Below, piece by piece: positions 36,164 to 48,738 of a DNA stretch of 64,000 nucleotides; within the stretch, counting starts at the first letter, position 1; each line of letters opens with the position of its first letter. The notes beneath the pieces were generated by a model. It made no database searches. It worked only from the letters and a program-made list of their open reading frames with translations, and had not been told where the DNA came from. Origin of the DNA: Isurus oxyrinchus (lineage: Eukaryota); contig JANJGN010000036.1 of NCBI GenBank assembly GCA_026770705.1, positions 2,790,001 to 2,854,000 of the forward strand, in the 5' to 3' direction. The position numbers and the translations under genes were made by a program.

Positions 36164-36489
36164 CACGCCTGCTGAGCTATCCCAGACCTGACAGTAATAG
36201 ACGGCGGAGTCACCGGACTCCAGGCTTCCAATGGTCAAAATGAAATTGTTCCTGGAGGTGTCTCTCGAAGGTTGAAAACGTTCGGTGAAGCCGGTGCCTC
36301 GAATAACGCTCCCACCTGTGCTCTGATATAGCACCCAGACGGGAGCTTCACCGGGTCGCTGCCGGTACCAGCGCACATTGTAGCTGCCCACATTCCCGTT
36401 CTGCATCCCGCACTGTAATCGGGCGGTCTGACCAGCGGAGACTGGGTCGGAAATTGGGGACTGATTGAGGACGGGAACCGCCAGGACAC
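36164..36489 (-). CDS. IgL (sigma-cart/NS5) V: Ig light chain V segment, sigma-cart (type I/NS5) family, unrearranged
   Basis: (G)VLA-VPVLNQSPISDPVSAGQTARLQC-GMQNGNVGSYNVR-WYRQRPGEAPVWVL-YQSTGGSVIRG-TGFTERFQPSRDTSRNNFILTIGSLESGDSAVYYC-QVWDSSAGV. Both Cys, the core Trp and DxAxYYC are intact, CDR2 is long, and it closely resembles the recalled horn shark type I V. It abuts a 12-RSS. Confidence 0.96.
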
Positions 36490-36635
36490 CTTCAATTAAA
36501 AAGAGACAAAAGAAAATATTCAATAATCTGGAGCAAATCTGTCGTTAATGCATCAATAAACATGGATCTTTACCGGACCGTTCTCGGTGTTTAACGGATT
36601 CTCTGTAATCAAAACCCACTCCTCCAATATCTGAC

Positions 36636-36684
36636 CTGTTAAATGGAGCAGCAGAGCCCACACGAGATGCAGCACTGGAGCCAT
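36636..36684 (-). CDS. IgL (sigma-cart/NS5) L: Ig light chain leader (signal peptide) exon
   Basis: ATG at 36684 encodes the hydrophobic MAPVLHLVWALLLHLT(G). The 49-nt exon ends phase 1 at a GT donor (ACAG|gtcaga). A 146-bp intron (36490-36635) ends in ttttaattgaag. Confidence 0.9.
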
Positions 36685-36788
36685 TTCCTCTGGATGAGCG
36701 CCTGCCCAAATTTCCCACTGTACCGGTTGTTGTCAACTCCGAGAGCGGCTCCGGTTCCAGTGCCAGTTTTACCGAACACTCCAGCTCC

Positions 36789-36812
36789 ATTTATGTAGCA
36801 GAATGCAAATGA
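36789..36812 (-). promoter_or_regulatory. Ig V promoter: decamer/octamer plus TATA-like box
   Basis: TCATTTGCAT on - (36803-36812) fits the TNATTTGCAT light-chain decamer in light-chain orientation. CATAAAT follows (~36789-36795), about 105 bp upstream of the ATG. Confidence 0.85.
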
Positions 36813-37249
36813 GTGGGAGCGGCCAGGGAAACGGTGCAGGCGAATTTACATTTCGAGTTGTTTTTTTTTTTGGCTGGTAAAGTTATTGTTAAAATCTTAA
36901 CCTTTGATTTATAAATATTTAATCTGCAATTGGAATTTCTGTTTTGGGAAGATTCCAATATTTCTAAGATCATTGCATATATATACATATATATTATGTA
37001 TATATATGTGTGTGTATATATATATTTCTGCCGCCCCTGAAGATTATCTCACTTCAATGTTACATCATTATTTAACAAATATGCATTTGCTTTCAAACTT
37101 ATATCTCCCGCCAACCCATCCATCAAGAATTTAATGCATTTCCCTTTGGCCCCCAATTACTTGATATAAATTAGATTGAATTTCACTTTTAGAAAGACGA
37201 ATCAAAACTCAGCATGGAGACATTGAGGTATACACCAGCGAGATTTGGA

Positions 37250-37588
37250 GTCATGGCAGAGCCTTATTTAAACATATAATATTCTAGGGACGGTGGGATT
37301 TGACAGGGCAGGTGCTGTGAGAATGCTTCCCTTTGTGGGGTCACAATTTCAAATTAGGGGTACACAATTTAGAAATTAGATGGGGTTTCAACTGCCAGCA
37401 GTGAAGCCTGGGTCATTGGCTATGTTCAAAGCTGAGTTAGATATATGATTGATTTACAAGGGAGTCAAGGGTTATGGGGGCAGGCAGGTAAGTAGAGTTG
37501 AAACAACAACCAGATCAAACATGATCTTATTGACTGGTGGAGTGGGTTTGAGGGGCTGAATAGCCGGCTCCTGCATGCGTTCTTATGT
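37250..37588 (+). mobile_element. CR1 LINE 3' fragment
   Basis: Degenerate ORF2 C-terminus and 3'UTR homologous to the other CR1 tails (gggctgaatagccggctcctgc...ttcttatg). Confidence 0.75.
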
Positions 37589-37999
37589 CCCAGAAACTTC
37601 TGACCCTGCCGTCTTTTAAGTCACACAGGGTTTGCAAGGAGAACTATACACGTTAAAATGAAGCAATGGAAAGGCAAAATGTCATTTAAAAATATTGTGC
37701 CAACTTTTAACGACCTTGTAGTGCTTTAGAATGAGCAACTCAGGCTATGCTGTATCAAATTCCCTCTGCTCAGTATCAGGATCTATCATGTCGCTTTCCC
37801 CCTCCCTATGCAGAGTTATTCAATCTCTCTGGGAGTTTCAACTACTTAATTAAGAATCTGGTTTTCAGAAGATTGAAATAGCTGCTTTTCATGGAGCGTT
37901 ATAAAGACACCTTCCTCAGTACTGTTTTACTCCACATTGAGAGCTGGTGAATGAGATAGTTATAAGCGTTCATTTCTATCTAAGTGGAGATTGTGTTCC

Positions 38000-40565
38000 T
38001 GGTTTTTCCCTTTAATTTTGCATTTAAGTAACATTACTCCATAAGTTAGAAGTTAAGTTTTATTCCGGCCTTAAAACAGGGGTATGCCAGCTTCCTGGGA
38101 GAGCTGCAGCTATTTAATTAAGTAGCAAGATTAAGCTGGATTTCAGATCACCGAATTAGTTGCTTTCCAGGGTGTGAGGACTTCCTCAGTGCTGCCCTGT
38201 TTGCACTGAGTGCTGCCTTGTGTGCACAGTGTGTAAAGTGAGAGTTCGTTGAGAGAGGGAATTCAGTGAAGAGGGTCAAGAGGTGATCCTATCTTTTCCT
38301 ACATTTTTTGAGCCTCCAGTAGCCAACTCTTACTGTGGTTCAGGGGGAAAAAAAGCTGACCAACGAGTTACTGGTAAAGTATTCTGTTCTACTTATTCTA
38401 ACTGTAATAAATAGGTTTTGTTAAAGTTATGGTGTGGCAGGTCAGGTGTTCTGAGAGGAATGTACATCCTGTCATGTGGGAAGTCAGGAACGCACCATAT
38501 GTCCTTGACAAACACATCTGCAGGAAGTTTCACCAGCTGCAGACGCTTGGGCGCTGTGTTTCAGAAGGCCAGTGCTGACTGGAGCCACTGTTGTGCAGAG
38601 AAGTGCGTGGGTAGCAGGTTTAGTGGGTTTATCAGGCTGCAGGTTCGGAGTGAACAGGCAGGGAGGGAATGGGTGACCGCCAGGCAGACTAAGAGAGTGT
38701 AAGAGAACCAGACAGGCAGTTCAGGAGTTCCCTGAACCTACCTTGCTTCGTAAACTTTTTTTTAAAAAATGGATGCTGTGAGGGAAATGGTTTGTCAGAG
38801 GAATGTGATGAGACCCAAATCTATGGCAGCACAGGTGGCTGATCTACACCGGACGGGAGGAAGGAGAGTGGAAGAGCAATGCTTACAGAGGATTCTACAG
38901 CCAGGGGATCAGACAAGCCTTTCTGCAGCAGTTAACGTTACTGCAGCGAGGCGTGATGCCTCCCTGATGCTGGGATCAAGGATGTCACGAGCAGCAGTAG
39001 GGCATCCCCTTCTGGGGGAAGGTGAACAGCCAGGGATCGTTGTCCACATTGGTACCAATGATATAGGAAGGAAGAGTGAAAGGTCCTGAAATCAGATTTT
39101 AGTTTTTTAAACAGGACCTCAAGAGCAGTAATCTTAGGATTGCTCCCAGTGCCATTTGGTCATGAGCTCGGGGATAGGAAGACTGATCGATTGAATGCGT
39201 GGCAGTAGAATTGGTGTAGGAGACAGTGAAACAGACTCCTGAGGCGTTGGGACTGGTTCTGGGGCAGGTAGGACCTGTATAAACTGGACGCATTACAGCT
39301 TAACAGGATTGGCACTAATATCCTGGCAGGGAGATTTGCTCGGCTGTTGGGGAGGTTTAAAACTAGCTTGTCAGGGAGATGGGGACCTGAGGGGTAAGTC
39401 AAGTTGGAAGGACATCAAGCCCGTAATGGGAAGTTGGAAATTGGCAAGTGAAATTAGAAGGCATGTGAACGAAGGGCAGCATCAATTAAGCTTAGAATGT
39501 GGAAAAATTTGTGTCAAAGACACAAACTTAATGGCTCTCTACCTGAATACACCAAACATTCCCAAGAAGGTAGATAGTTTAAAGACTCAAATAGAGGTAA
39601 ATTGGTATGATCGGATTGTCAATGCATGGCTGCAGTGTGAGTAAAATCTGGGGCCGAATTTAATATTTTCAAGTTCACAAAGCTAATTGGAAAGTTTGTT
39701 GCGAGGAAGAGGCAAAGCGGCTTCATGATGATTTGATTACACTTGGTGAGTGGGCAAGGACACANNNNNNNNNNNNNNNNNNNNNNNNNNNNNNNNNNNN
39801 NNNNNNNNNNNNNNNNNNNNNNNNNNNNNNNNNNNNNNNNNNNNNNNNNNNNNNNNNNNNNNNNNNNNNNNNNNNNNNNNNNNNNNNNNNNNNNNNNNNN
39901 NNNNNNNNNNNNNNNNNNNNNNNNNNNNNNNNNNNNNNNNNNNNNNNNNNNNNNNNNNNNNNNNNNNGCCTTCCATATGAGTGCAGGGGTAGTGAAGTCT
40001 TGCTTCAATTATATAGAAGCTTTGTTATATCTCACCTGGAGTAGTGTGTGCAGTTTTGGTCCTCTTACCTTGGGAAGGATGTTACTGCCATAAAAATAAT
40101 GTAAACCACGTTCACCAGGCTTGTTCCCGTGATAACGGGATGATTCTATGAGGAGATATTGGTGAAACTTGGCCTGTGTTCTCTGGAGTTTTGAATAATG
40201 AGAGGTGATCTCAGTGCATCATACAAAATAGTTAAAGGGGTAGACAGGGCAGATGGAGGAAAGATGTTTCCCCTGTTTGGCGAATCTAGAACCAAGGGAC
40301 ACAGTTTTAACATAATGGGGAAGCCACCTTGGACCAAATTAGGATATTTAAGTTTTCCTTTTAACTCCCGGGATTGTGGAACTTTAGAATTCCCAACCCA
40401 GGGGGCTGTGGAAGGTCAGTCATTGAATATGTTTCAAATACAGATTGACAGGTTTCTAAATACCAATGAAACAAAGATGTGGTGATAGTGCGGGAAAAAG
40501 GCATTGAAGTGGATCATCTGCAATGACAGAATTGAATGGTGGAGCAGGCTTGATGGGCTTAATCC
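38000..40565 (+). mobile_element. CR1 LINE with 5'UTR, ORF1 (Zn-finger + SGNH esterase), ORF2 start, large internal deletion and 3' end
   Basis: ORF1 remnants C..C.(M)WEV...HICRK and EQPGIVVHIGTNDIGRK. APE start LMALYLNTPNIPKKVDSL. Near 39670 the sequence jumps to post-FADD RT sequence. CR1 3'UTR near 40500-40560. The 5' limit is approximate. Confidence 0.8.
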
Positions 40566-41249
40566 ATAGAACCATTCCAAAGTTACAGCACAGAAGGACA
40601 TTCTCCCCATCTTGTGCATGCCAGCCCGAGGACACCCAGGTGCCCTTACTAATCCCACCTTCCAGCACCCGGCCCTTAGCCCTGCAGCTAACAGCACTTT
40701 AGATGTAGATCCAGTTACTTATTAAAAGAGTTTAAAGTTCCTGCCTCTCCCACCAACTTGGGCAGTGAGTTCCAGACACCCACTGCACTCTGTATAAAAA
40801 AGTACTTCCTCATGTCCCCCTACACCTTCTGCCAAATGCAGGAGGGATTTTTGAAAAAGTGTTTGATGAATCCAATTTTGGCTCAATGATGATTGGGAAA
40901 AATTAATGTCATTTCAAGATGAAATGTGTGTTTTAGGGAGGCAGAACAATTTAAAATGTGAAGCAGGATTTCCGAGAGGAACACAATGTTATCGCAATGA
41001 TTCAGGGTGAGGGGTCTCAGTGAATCCACATCTCTGCATTCGACAGCTCACATTTCTGTGGCACAACAAATTTATTATTAACCTAGTCAGTGCTGACGCT
41101 GGCACTTCCTGACAGTCGAAGCTTTCAGGACAGAACATTGACTCTAATGCGCACTGAACCTCAGGATCCACAAGGAGATTTTCCAAAAGCAGAAGGCATC
41201 ATTGAGGTACTAATGAAATACATTGCATTTCTCTGCACTATAGTCCCGC

Positions 41250-44200
41250 AGTGTATCATTACACAGAAGCAACTAATTCGCAAAACGATAGGTGAAAGGA
41301 AGAGCAGCAAGATGGATACAAGATTGGCTCAGATAAAAGCAGAGAATAGTAAAGAGTTCTTTCTGATATCAATGGAAATAAACAGTGGGCTTCCCCCGGG
41401 GACAGTATTTTATGCATAATAATGACTTGGAATTTGTCACATAGGCATAATTGTAATGTTTTCAAAAGATACACTTGCGAGTGCAGTACATGACGAGACA
41501 GTAAGCAATGGATTTCAAGAGGGCAGAGGCTGACACATAGCAGATCACTTTTAAAACAGAAGAATTCAGTGATACATTTTATTATGAAGCGTTGGAAAGG
41601 CAATGGAAATAAATGCTGCAACTTTAAAAGAAGATGCAGGAATACACACAAACAACAATCTGACAGGGGAAATTCCTCCTCATTTCTGATAGACACCGTG
41701 TGTGGCAGCTTTGAATGTGGCCGGATGAATTAAGACGATTTTTTCAAAAACAAAAAAGATCCCTTGTCTTTAAATAGCAGAGGAATTCAATACAAAAATA
41801 AGCACGGAATCTACGTGAAACCTTTGTAAAACACTGGCTAGACCACAAATGCAGCATTGTGTACAAATATGTCCCCACACTCTGGGGACTAGTCAAGGCC
41901 TTGGAGATGGGTTAGATGTGATTTGCCTGCTTGACTCCATGAATGAGGAACGTCAGTATTGTGGAAAGACTTGAAAAATTGTATTTTTCTCCTGAAAGCA
42001 CAGAAGATTAAGAGGAGATTTGATAGAGCTTTCACCTGCTGCAGACTCTGTGACTGTGAACAGTCACCTACTTTAGAGGGAATGACTGTGAACAGTCACC
42101 TAATTTAGAAGAAGTGATTGTAAACAGAGGTGCCTATGATAAAGTGGCTAACTGTGAATTGAGAGACCTGCGATAGAGGGACTGACTGTGAACAGAGACA
42201 CCTACTGTGGGGGGAGTGAGGATGAACAAGGAGACAAATGATATGGAAATAAAACAGGAAAGTGGAGTCGAAGAAGTAAGGACAGATCTACTGAGCACAG
42301 AGATCTCCAATGGGGCCCAGAGAATCACATGTGTTAAAGGGGTCACTCCCTCAACCCACCGTCAATTGTGTGCGTTAACTTCAGAGAAAATGTTTCTTCA
42401 CATAACGAAGAGCATAATTAGAGGTCATCAATATAACACAGCAACTAATAAATGCAATAGAAAATTCAGAAGAATCTTCTTTACCCAGAAAGTGGTGAGA
42501 ATGTGGATGTCACTACCAGAGGGAGTGGCTGGGATGAATGGAAGAAGAGTTTTCTAGGAAATTAGACACCCATTTGAGTGAAAAGGGTGGTTGTTAAATT
42601 TAGATTTAAACAAGAAAAAAAATGGAGGAGGCTTGAGTGGAGAATGAGCACTGGCTTGGACTGGTCAGGCAGAATGGTCTGTTTGTCTATTATACACCCT
42701 TTCTAATCCTGTGTAATAATTAATCATCTAATGGAGAGAAGTGAAAAGCAGATTTTTTAAAAGTTTAGGGGCCAGTCAATGTTGGCAATCAGAGGCTTTT
42801 TTGAGTGCCCATGTGCACAAATCACAGGCAGTTAACATTCAATTCAGCAAGATTTTGGCAAATATTATGTCAGTCGTTATTTGCAAGGGCGTTGGAATGT
42901 AAAAGTAAGGAAGTATTACTGCAATTGTACAGGGCTGTGTTCAGATCATACCTGGGCACTTTCAAGGTGGAAGATGTGTCATGTGGAGTACGAAAAGGAA
43001 CTTTGAGAGGGCTTCAACTATTTATAATCTCTATTAATAACTTAGATGAAGAGACCGAGAATAATATATCTAAGTTTGATGACAATGTAAAGCTCTGTTG
43101 GAATGCAAACTGTGAGGAGGACACAAAGAGGCTGCAAAGAGAGGTCATCAGTTTAAGTAAGTAGTCAACAAGGTGGCTGAAGGGGCATAATATGGGGAAG
43201 TGTGACATTATTCACATTGGTTGCAAATATAGACAAAAAGGCACATTTCTTTGCTTCTCCTCATCCAAGGGACTGAGATTGATCTATTTTTGGACTCTAT
43301 GTGAATCAAGGGATCTGGGGATAGTGCGGGAAATTGGAGCTGAGGTAAGAGATCAGAAGAGAACTTATTGAATGGTAGACTAGGCTGTAAAGGCTGAAAG
43401 GCCTCCTCCTGTTCCTGTTCCTTCTGTGGAGGCAGAGCCTAACACGTCAAATGGTTTTGGAAAATCTGGATGTCAGCCAGGGGTGGAGCTAAGACAGGGA
43501 AATACATTTTACTCATGTTTGGATCACGCTGCTGGTTTAATTTATGCTTGAGTTGTGCTGGGGTTGCAGTGAGCTGTTTGGCTGGTGTGTGCTACAAGTT
43601 ATCAGAGTTATGTTAATGGAGGGCCAATCACTCATGCTGCATCTTGCAACCCTCTTTTCTAGAGATCAGACCCCAGCAGCAAATGGGGTCCCTCTTCCTT
43701 GGACAGGATTTCCACACTCAGTAAGTGGCTTTTGACGGGATGTTGTAAGGTGATCAGTTGTTTTGAGGGTGGATGTGGCATTATCTACGCAGCCTGCAGG
43801 TGATGACAGCCCAAGCCATTCAGCCCATTGATCTGTGTTATCCCTCTGAAATAGCTCCCTGCTCACCCTTAGTCTACACTCCCCTCAGCTCTTAAACTGT
43901 TATTTTTGAAATACTGTTCAATTTCCTTTTAAGATGTATTCGCAATTCTGTTCCAAGAGAGCAAGTCCCTGACTAGTAACCCATTGTCTAAAAGATATTA
44001 TCCTCTCCTCTTCCTCAATTATTTTTGGCAATGATTTTAACTCAATAGTGGCCAATGTAACCATCTCTGAAGAGAGCTCGGGTGGAGGGGGGGGCGGTGA
44101 TAATAAAAAGCTCTGACTGAAAGTAAGCAGTAATGAGGAGATAAAGAATCCGCAAAGGGAGCTAAACTGCTCAGTTGATTGGGTGAGAAAGTGGCAGAAT

Positions 44201-45115
44201 GAGTGTAATGTTATGAAATGTGACGTTTTGCTTGGGGGTGCAAAGAATAGATACGCAGGGTCTTTGTAAAAGTTGAGGGACTTGGAAATACTGGTACTCT
44301 GAGGGATTGGGTGCCCTTGTAAACTTAACGCAGGAACGAACAATCAGGGACAGCAAGCACATTAGGGAGGTAAATCGTTTGTTCAGGCTCATTGCGAGGA
44401 GGGTTGGAGTAGTTTAAGATTAAGGGGAATCTTAGTGTAATTGTAGAATGTGTTACTGAGACAGTACCTGGACCTTATCTGGAATAATGTGTGCAGTTTC
44501 GCTCTACTTACCTAAGGAAGGATGCACTTGCCTGAGAGGGAGTGCAATGCATGTTCACTGGGTTGATTCCTTGGATGAGAGGATTGTCATATGATAAGAG
44601 ATTGAATAGAATGGTTCTATATCCTCAGGAGTTTAGAAGAAATATTGATGATCTCATTGAAAAGTGTAAAATTATCGGAGAGTTTGACTGGGCAGATGTT
44701 GAGAGGCTTTTCCAGCCCCGTTATCCCCAGCCCCCCAACACCGCCTCCCTGCCTTGGCTGGTGTGTTCAGGACTCAGGATCACAGTCTCAGGATTATGAG
44801 TCAGCTACTTAGGGCTGGGTTATGGAGAAAATTCTTCACTCAGTGTTGTGAAGCTTTGGAATTCTCCATCCCTGGGAGCTGTGGGTGCTCAGTCACTGAG
44901 TATATCCAATGCAGAGATACGAGAATATAGAGTTGAGTGACTGCGTATATTCAAGGCTGACATCAATAGATTAATACACACTAAGGGAATTAAGGGATGT
45001 GGAGATAAGGCAGGGAGGTGGCGTTGAATTAGACGATCACCCATAATCTTATTGAATGGTGGAGAAGGCGCAAAGGGCCAAAAATCCTCCTCCTGCTCTA
45101 ATTCCTGATGTTCTT
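41250..45115 (+). mobile_element. Cluster of old, fragmented CR1 copies
   Basis: Repeated RT and C-terminal remnants (LQLFIISINNLD..ISKFDDNVKL; EVLLQLYR; FFTQKVVRMW) and several CR1 3'UTRs (~42700, ~43420, ~45110), with unrelated spacers between them. Confidence 0.7.
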
Positions 45116-45699
45116 TTGTGTGAAGGTCGGTGTGGGGTGTACAATAAGTCTTGTTGATTTAAAGACTGCTTTAGACCTTCATACATTTATCAGTCCAGTT
45201 GAAACCACGACAGTGATGATTCACATTTTCCAGCAACCAGGCCCCAGTCTGTAGCTGAAAGCAGCACTGAAAGCAGCTCAGCCCCTCTCTATCCACTCAC
45301 ACACAACATGGCTGGTGCTTCAAAGGTCTTAATTTAGCTCCTAATACCGAATGGTTGCTGTTTTTGGCCTGTTTGTGAAGTAGTGCAGGTGTTGTGGTCA
45401 TTCACCTCAGGCAAAGGGGGAGAGCGTCACAGGAGGAGGAACTGAAACCTTTCTGTTCACTGGCCGATTAGCAGCCAAGGGTGACAGCATCTGTCCCCAG
45501 CTTCCACTCTCTGAAATTTCACAGAAGCGGCTGTGGTTTCACACAGGAAAAGGACAGAAATCTCAGAGGCACATTTGAACCTGACATTCTTGGACACCTT
45601 GCACTTTACAGAAACTGACAACCCAATGTGGGCCGGGCCGCACAAAAACAACCAGCAAAACTCCTATTATTTATCCCCTGGACTGTCTCACTCTTCACT

Positions 45700-46810
45700 T
45701 CTCGACTCTGTTTCCAAACAAACCTGCCTCATAACCTAACTCGCACCAAGTATCATTCACTCATCAAACCACCCCAGCCTGTGGTCCCTGCTTTGCTTTG
45801 GCTCGCAGTTATGCCATGCCTTGATTTTAAACTGTTCATCTTTGCTTTGAAATCCCACTAGTCTCTCTCCCCTCCCTATCTCTGTAAAAGTTTTCCAGCC
45901 CCTACTGACCACCCTGTTCCTGTAACCTCCTCATGCCTCCATACATCTTCCAATCTCTGTGACCTGATCAAGCACTGCACACCTCTCCATCTCTGTAACT
46001 TCCTCCAGACCCTACATCATTCCCTCTCTGTGACATATGCAAACCAGTACAAACCTCCCTATCTCTGTTACTTTATCCAGCANNNNNNNNNNNNNNNNNN
46101 NNNNNNNNNNNNNNNNNNNNNNNNNNNNNNNNNNNNNNNNNNNNNNNNNNNNNNNNNNNNNNNNNNNNNNNNNNNNNNNNNNNNNNNNNNNNNNNNNNNN
46201 NNNNNNNNNNNNNNNNNNNNNNNNNNNNNNNNNNNNNNNNNNNNNTCTCCCAAACCTATATCACTCCCTATCTCTTTAGGCTTCCTCCATCTCCTAAAAT
46301 ACTCCCTCTCCCTGTAACCAACTCAGACCAGTACACCCCTCAGCATGTCTGGAATCCTCTAAGACACCAACTGTTTCTGTAAACACCTTCAGTCCTTACA
46401 GCCCTCCATATAACTGTATATTCCAATAGCCCCTACACCACTCCTTTTCTCTGTAATGACCTCCAGTGCCAAAAACCTTCCCTACCTCTATAACCTGATG
46501 CAGCAGCTACAATGCTCCCTATCTCTGTGACTTGATTCAGCCACTGCAGCCCTCTTTACCTCTGTAACGTTCTTCAGACCTTACATCACTCCCTAACTCT
46601 GTGAATTCCTCCATCCCCTCAATCCTGCCTCCTAATTCTTTAACTTTCTCCAGCCCACACCCCCAAACAGCCCGGTCTCAGTATCCCTGCTCCAGCCGCT
46701 ACACACCTCAATATCTGTCTAACCTACTAGAACTGCTCTAATACTCCTTATTCCTGTACCCTCTGCAACCATCACAACTTTCCCTATGCATGTAACCTCC
46801 TCCAACCACT
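45700..46810 (+). repeat. L2 ORF2 C-terminal remnant running into a ~35-40 bp minisatellite derived from it (resumes 48740-48925)
   Basis: RTKYHSLI..LLWLAV...LDFKLFIFALKSH..LSPPYL matches L2 HITP..LHWLPV..FK...PPYL. Tandem ccctccctatctctgtaacctcctccagcccctaca-type units follow. Confidence 0.7.
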
Positions 46811-46821
46811 GAAACAATACA

Positions 46822-48738
46822 AATTGGCCAGAAAAAAACAACAGACCTGAGGATTGGGAGCAGTTTAGAATTCAGCAATGGAGGACCAAATCATTGATTA
46901 AGAAGGGGAAAATACATTACAAGAGTAAGCTTGCAGGGAACATAAAATCTGCCTGTAAAAGTTTCTATAGGTAGTGTAGAGAAAAAGATTGGTGAAGACA
47001 AATGTAGGTCCCTTACAGTCAAAAACAGGGGAAATCATAATGGAGAATAAAGAAATAGCTGACCAACTAAATACATACTTTGGTTCTGTCTTCACAAAGG
47101 AGGACACTAATAACATATCAGAAATGTTGGGGAACACAGGGTTTAGTGAGAGGGAGGAATTGAAAGAAATCAGTATTAGTCGGGAAATGGTGTTGAGGAA
47201 TTTGATGGGATTGAAGGCCGATAAATCCCCGGCACCTGATAATCTACATCCCAGAGTAATTAAGGAAGTGGCCCAAGAAATAGTGGCTACATTGATGGAT
47301 GGTCATCTTCCCAGATTCTATAGACTCTGGAACAGTTCCTACAGGTTGGAGGGTAGCTAATGTAACTCCACTATTTAAAAAGGGAGACAGAGAGAAAACA
47401 GGGAATTATCGACGAGTCCGCCTGACGTCGGTAGTGGGGAAAATTCTAGAGTGCATTATAAAAGATTTAATAGCTGAGCACGTGGAAAGCAGTGGCAGAA
47501 TCGGACATGGTCAGCATGGATTTATGAAAGGGAAATCATGCTTGACAAATCTACTGGAATTTTTAGAGGATGTAACTAGTAGAGTTGATGAGGGGGAGCC
47601 AGTGAATGTGGTTTATTTGCACTTTCATAAGACTTTCATCAAAGTCCCACATAAGAGATTAGCACGTAAAATTTAAGCACATGGAATTCAGGGTAGTGTA
47701 TTGAGATGGACAGAAAACTGTTTGAAAGACAGGAAACAAAGAGTGGGAATAAACGGTTCATTTTCTGAATGGCAGGCAGTGACTAGTGGGGTACCACAGG
47801 GATCAGTGCTGGGACCCCAGTTATTCACAATATATATTAATGATTTAAATGAGGGAATTCAATGCAATATTTCCAAATTTGCAGATGACACAAAGCTGGA
47901 TGGGAAGGTGAGCTGTGAGGAGGATGCAGAGATGCTTCAGTGTGATTTGGACAGCTGAGTGATTGGGCAAATCCATGGCAGATGCAGTATAATGTGGATA
48001 AATGTGAGATTATCCATTTTGGTAGCAAAAACATGAAGGCAGATAATTATCTGAATGCCGAGAAATTAGGAGAGGAGAATGTGCATCGAGACCTGGGTGT
48101 CCTTGTACTCCAGTCACTGAAGGTAAGCATGCAGGTGCAGCAGGCGCTAAAGAAGGCAAATGGTATGTTGGTCTTCATAGCCAGATGATTCGAGTACAGG
48201 AACAGGGATGTCTTGCTGCAGTTGCACAGGACCTTGGTGAGACCACACCTGGAATACTGTGTGCAGTTTTGGCTCCTTATCTGAGGAATGATGTTCCTGC
48301 TATAGAGGGAATGCAGCAAATGTTTACCCAACTGATTCCTGGAATGGCGGGACTGACATACAAGGAGAGATTGATTTGATTAGGATTATATTTGCTGGAG
48401 TTCGGGACAAGACAGCGGCGATGATGGTGGAGTCGAGAATCAGGAGTCACAGTCTGAGGATATGGGGTAGACCATTTAGGGCTGAGATGAGGAGAAACCC
48501 CTTCACCCAGAGACTGGTGAGCCTGTGGAGTTCGTTACCACAGAAAATAGATGAGACCAAAACATTATATCTTTTCAAGAAAGATGTAGATATTGCTCTT
48601 GGGGTGAAAAGGATCAAAAGATATGGGGAGAAAGTGGGAGCAGGCTATTGAGTTGATCAGCCATGATCATAATGAATAGTGGGGCAGGCTTGAAGGGCCG
48701 AATGGCCTACTGCTGCACCTAGTTTCTATGTTTCTATG
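46822..48738 (+). mobile_element. CR1 LINE, 5'-truncated, RT domain, disabled
   Basis: Motifs KSPAPDNLHPR, ANVTPLFKKG, QHGFMKGKSCLTNL, GVPQGSVLGPQLFTIYINDL, FADDTKL, split by frameshifts and stops. 3' tail (TTTCTATG)2. Confidence 0.95.
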
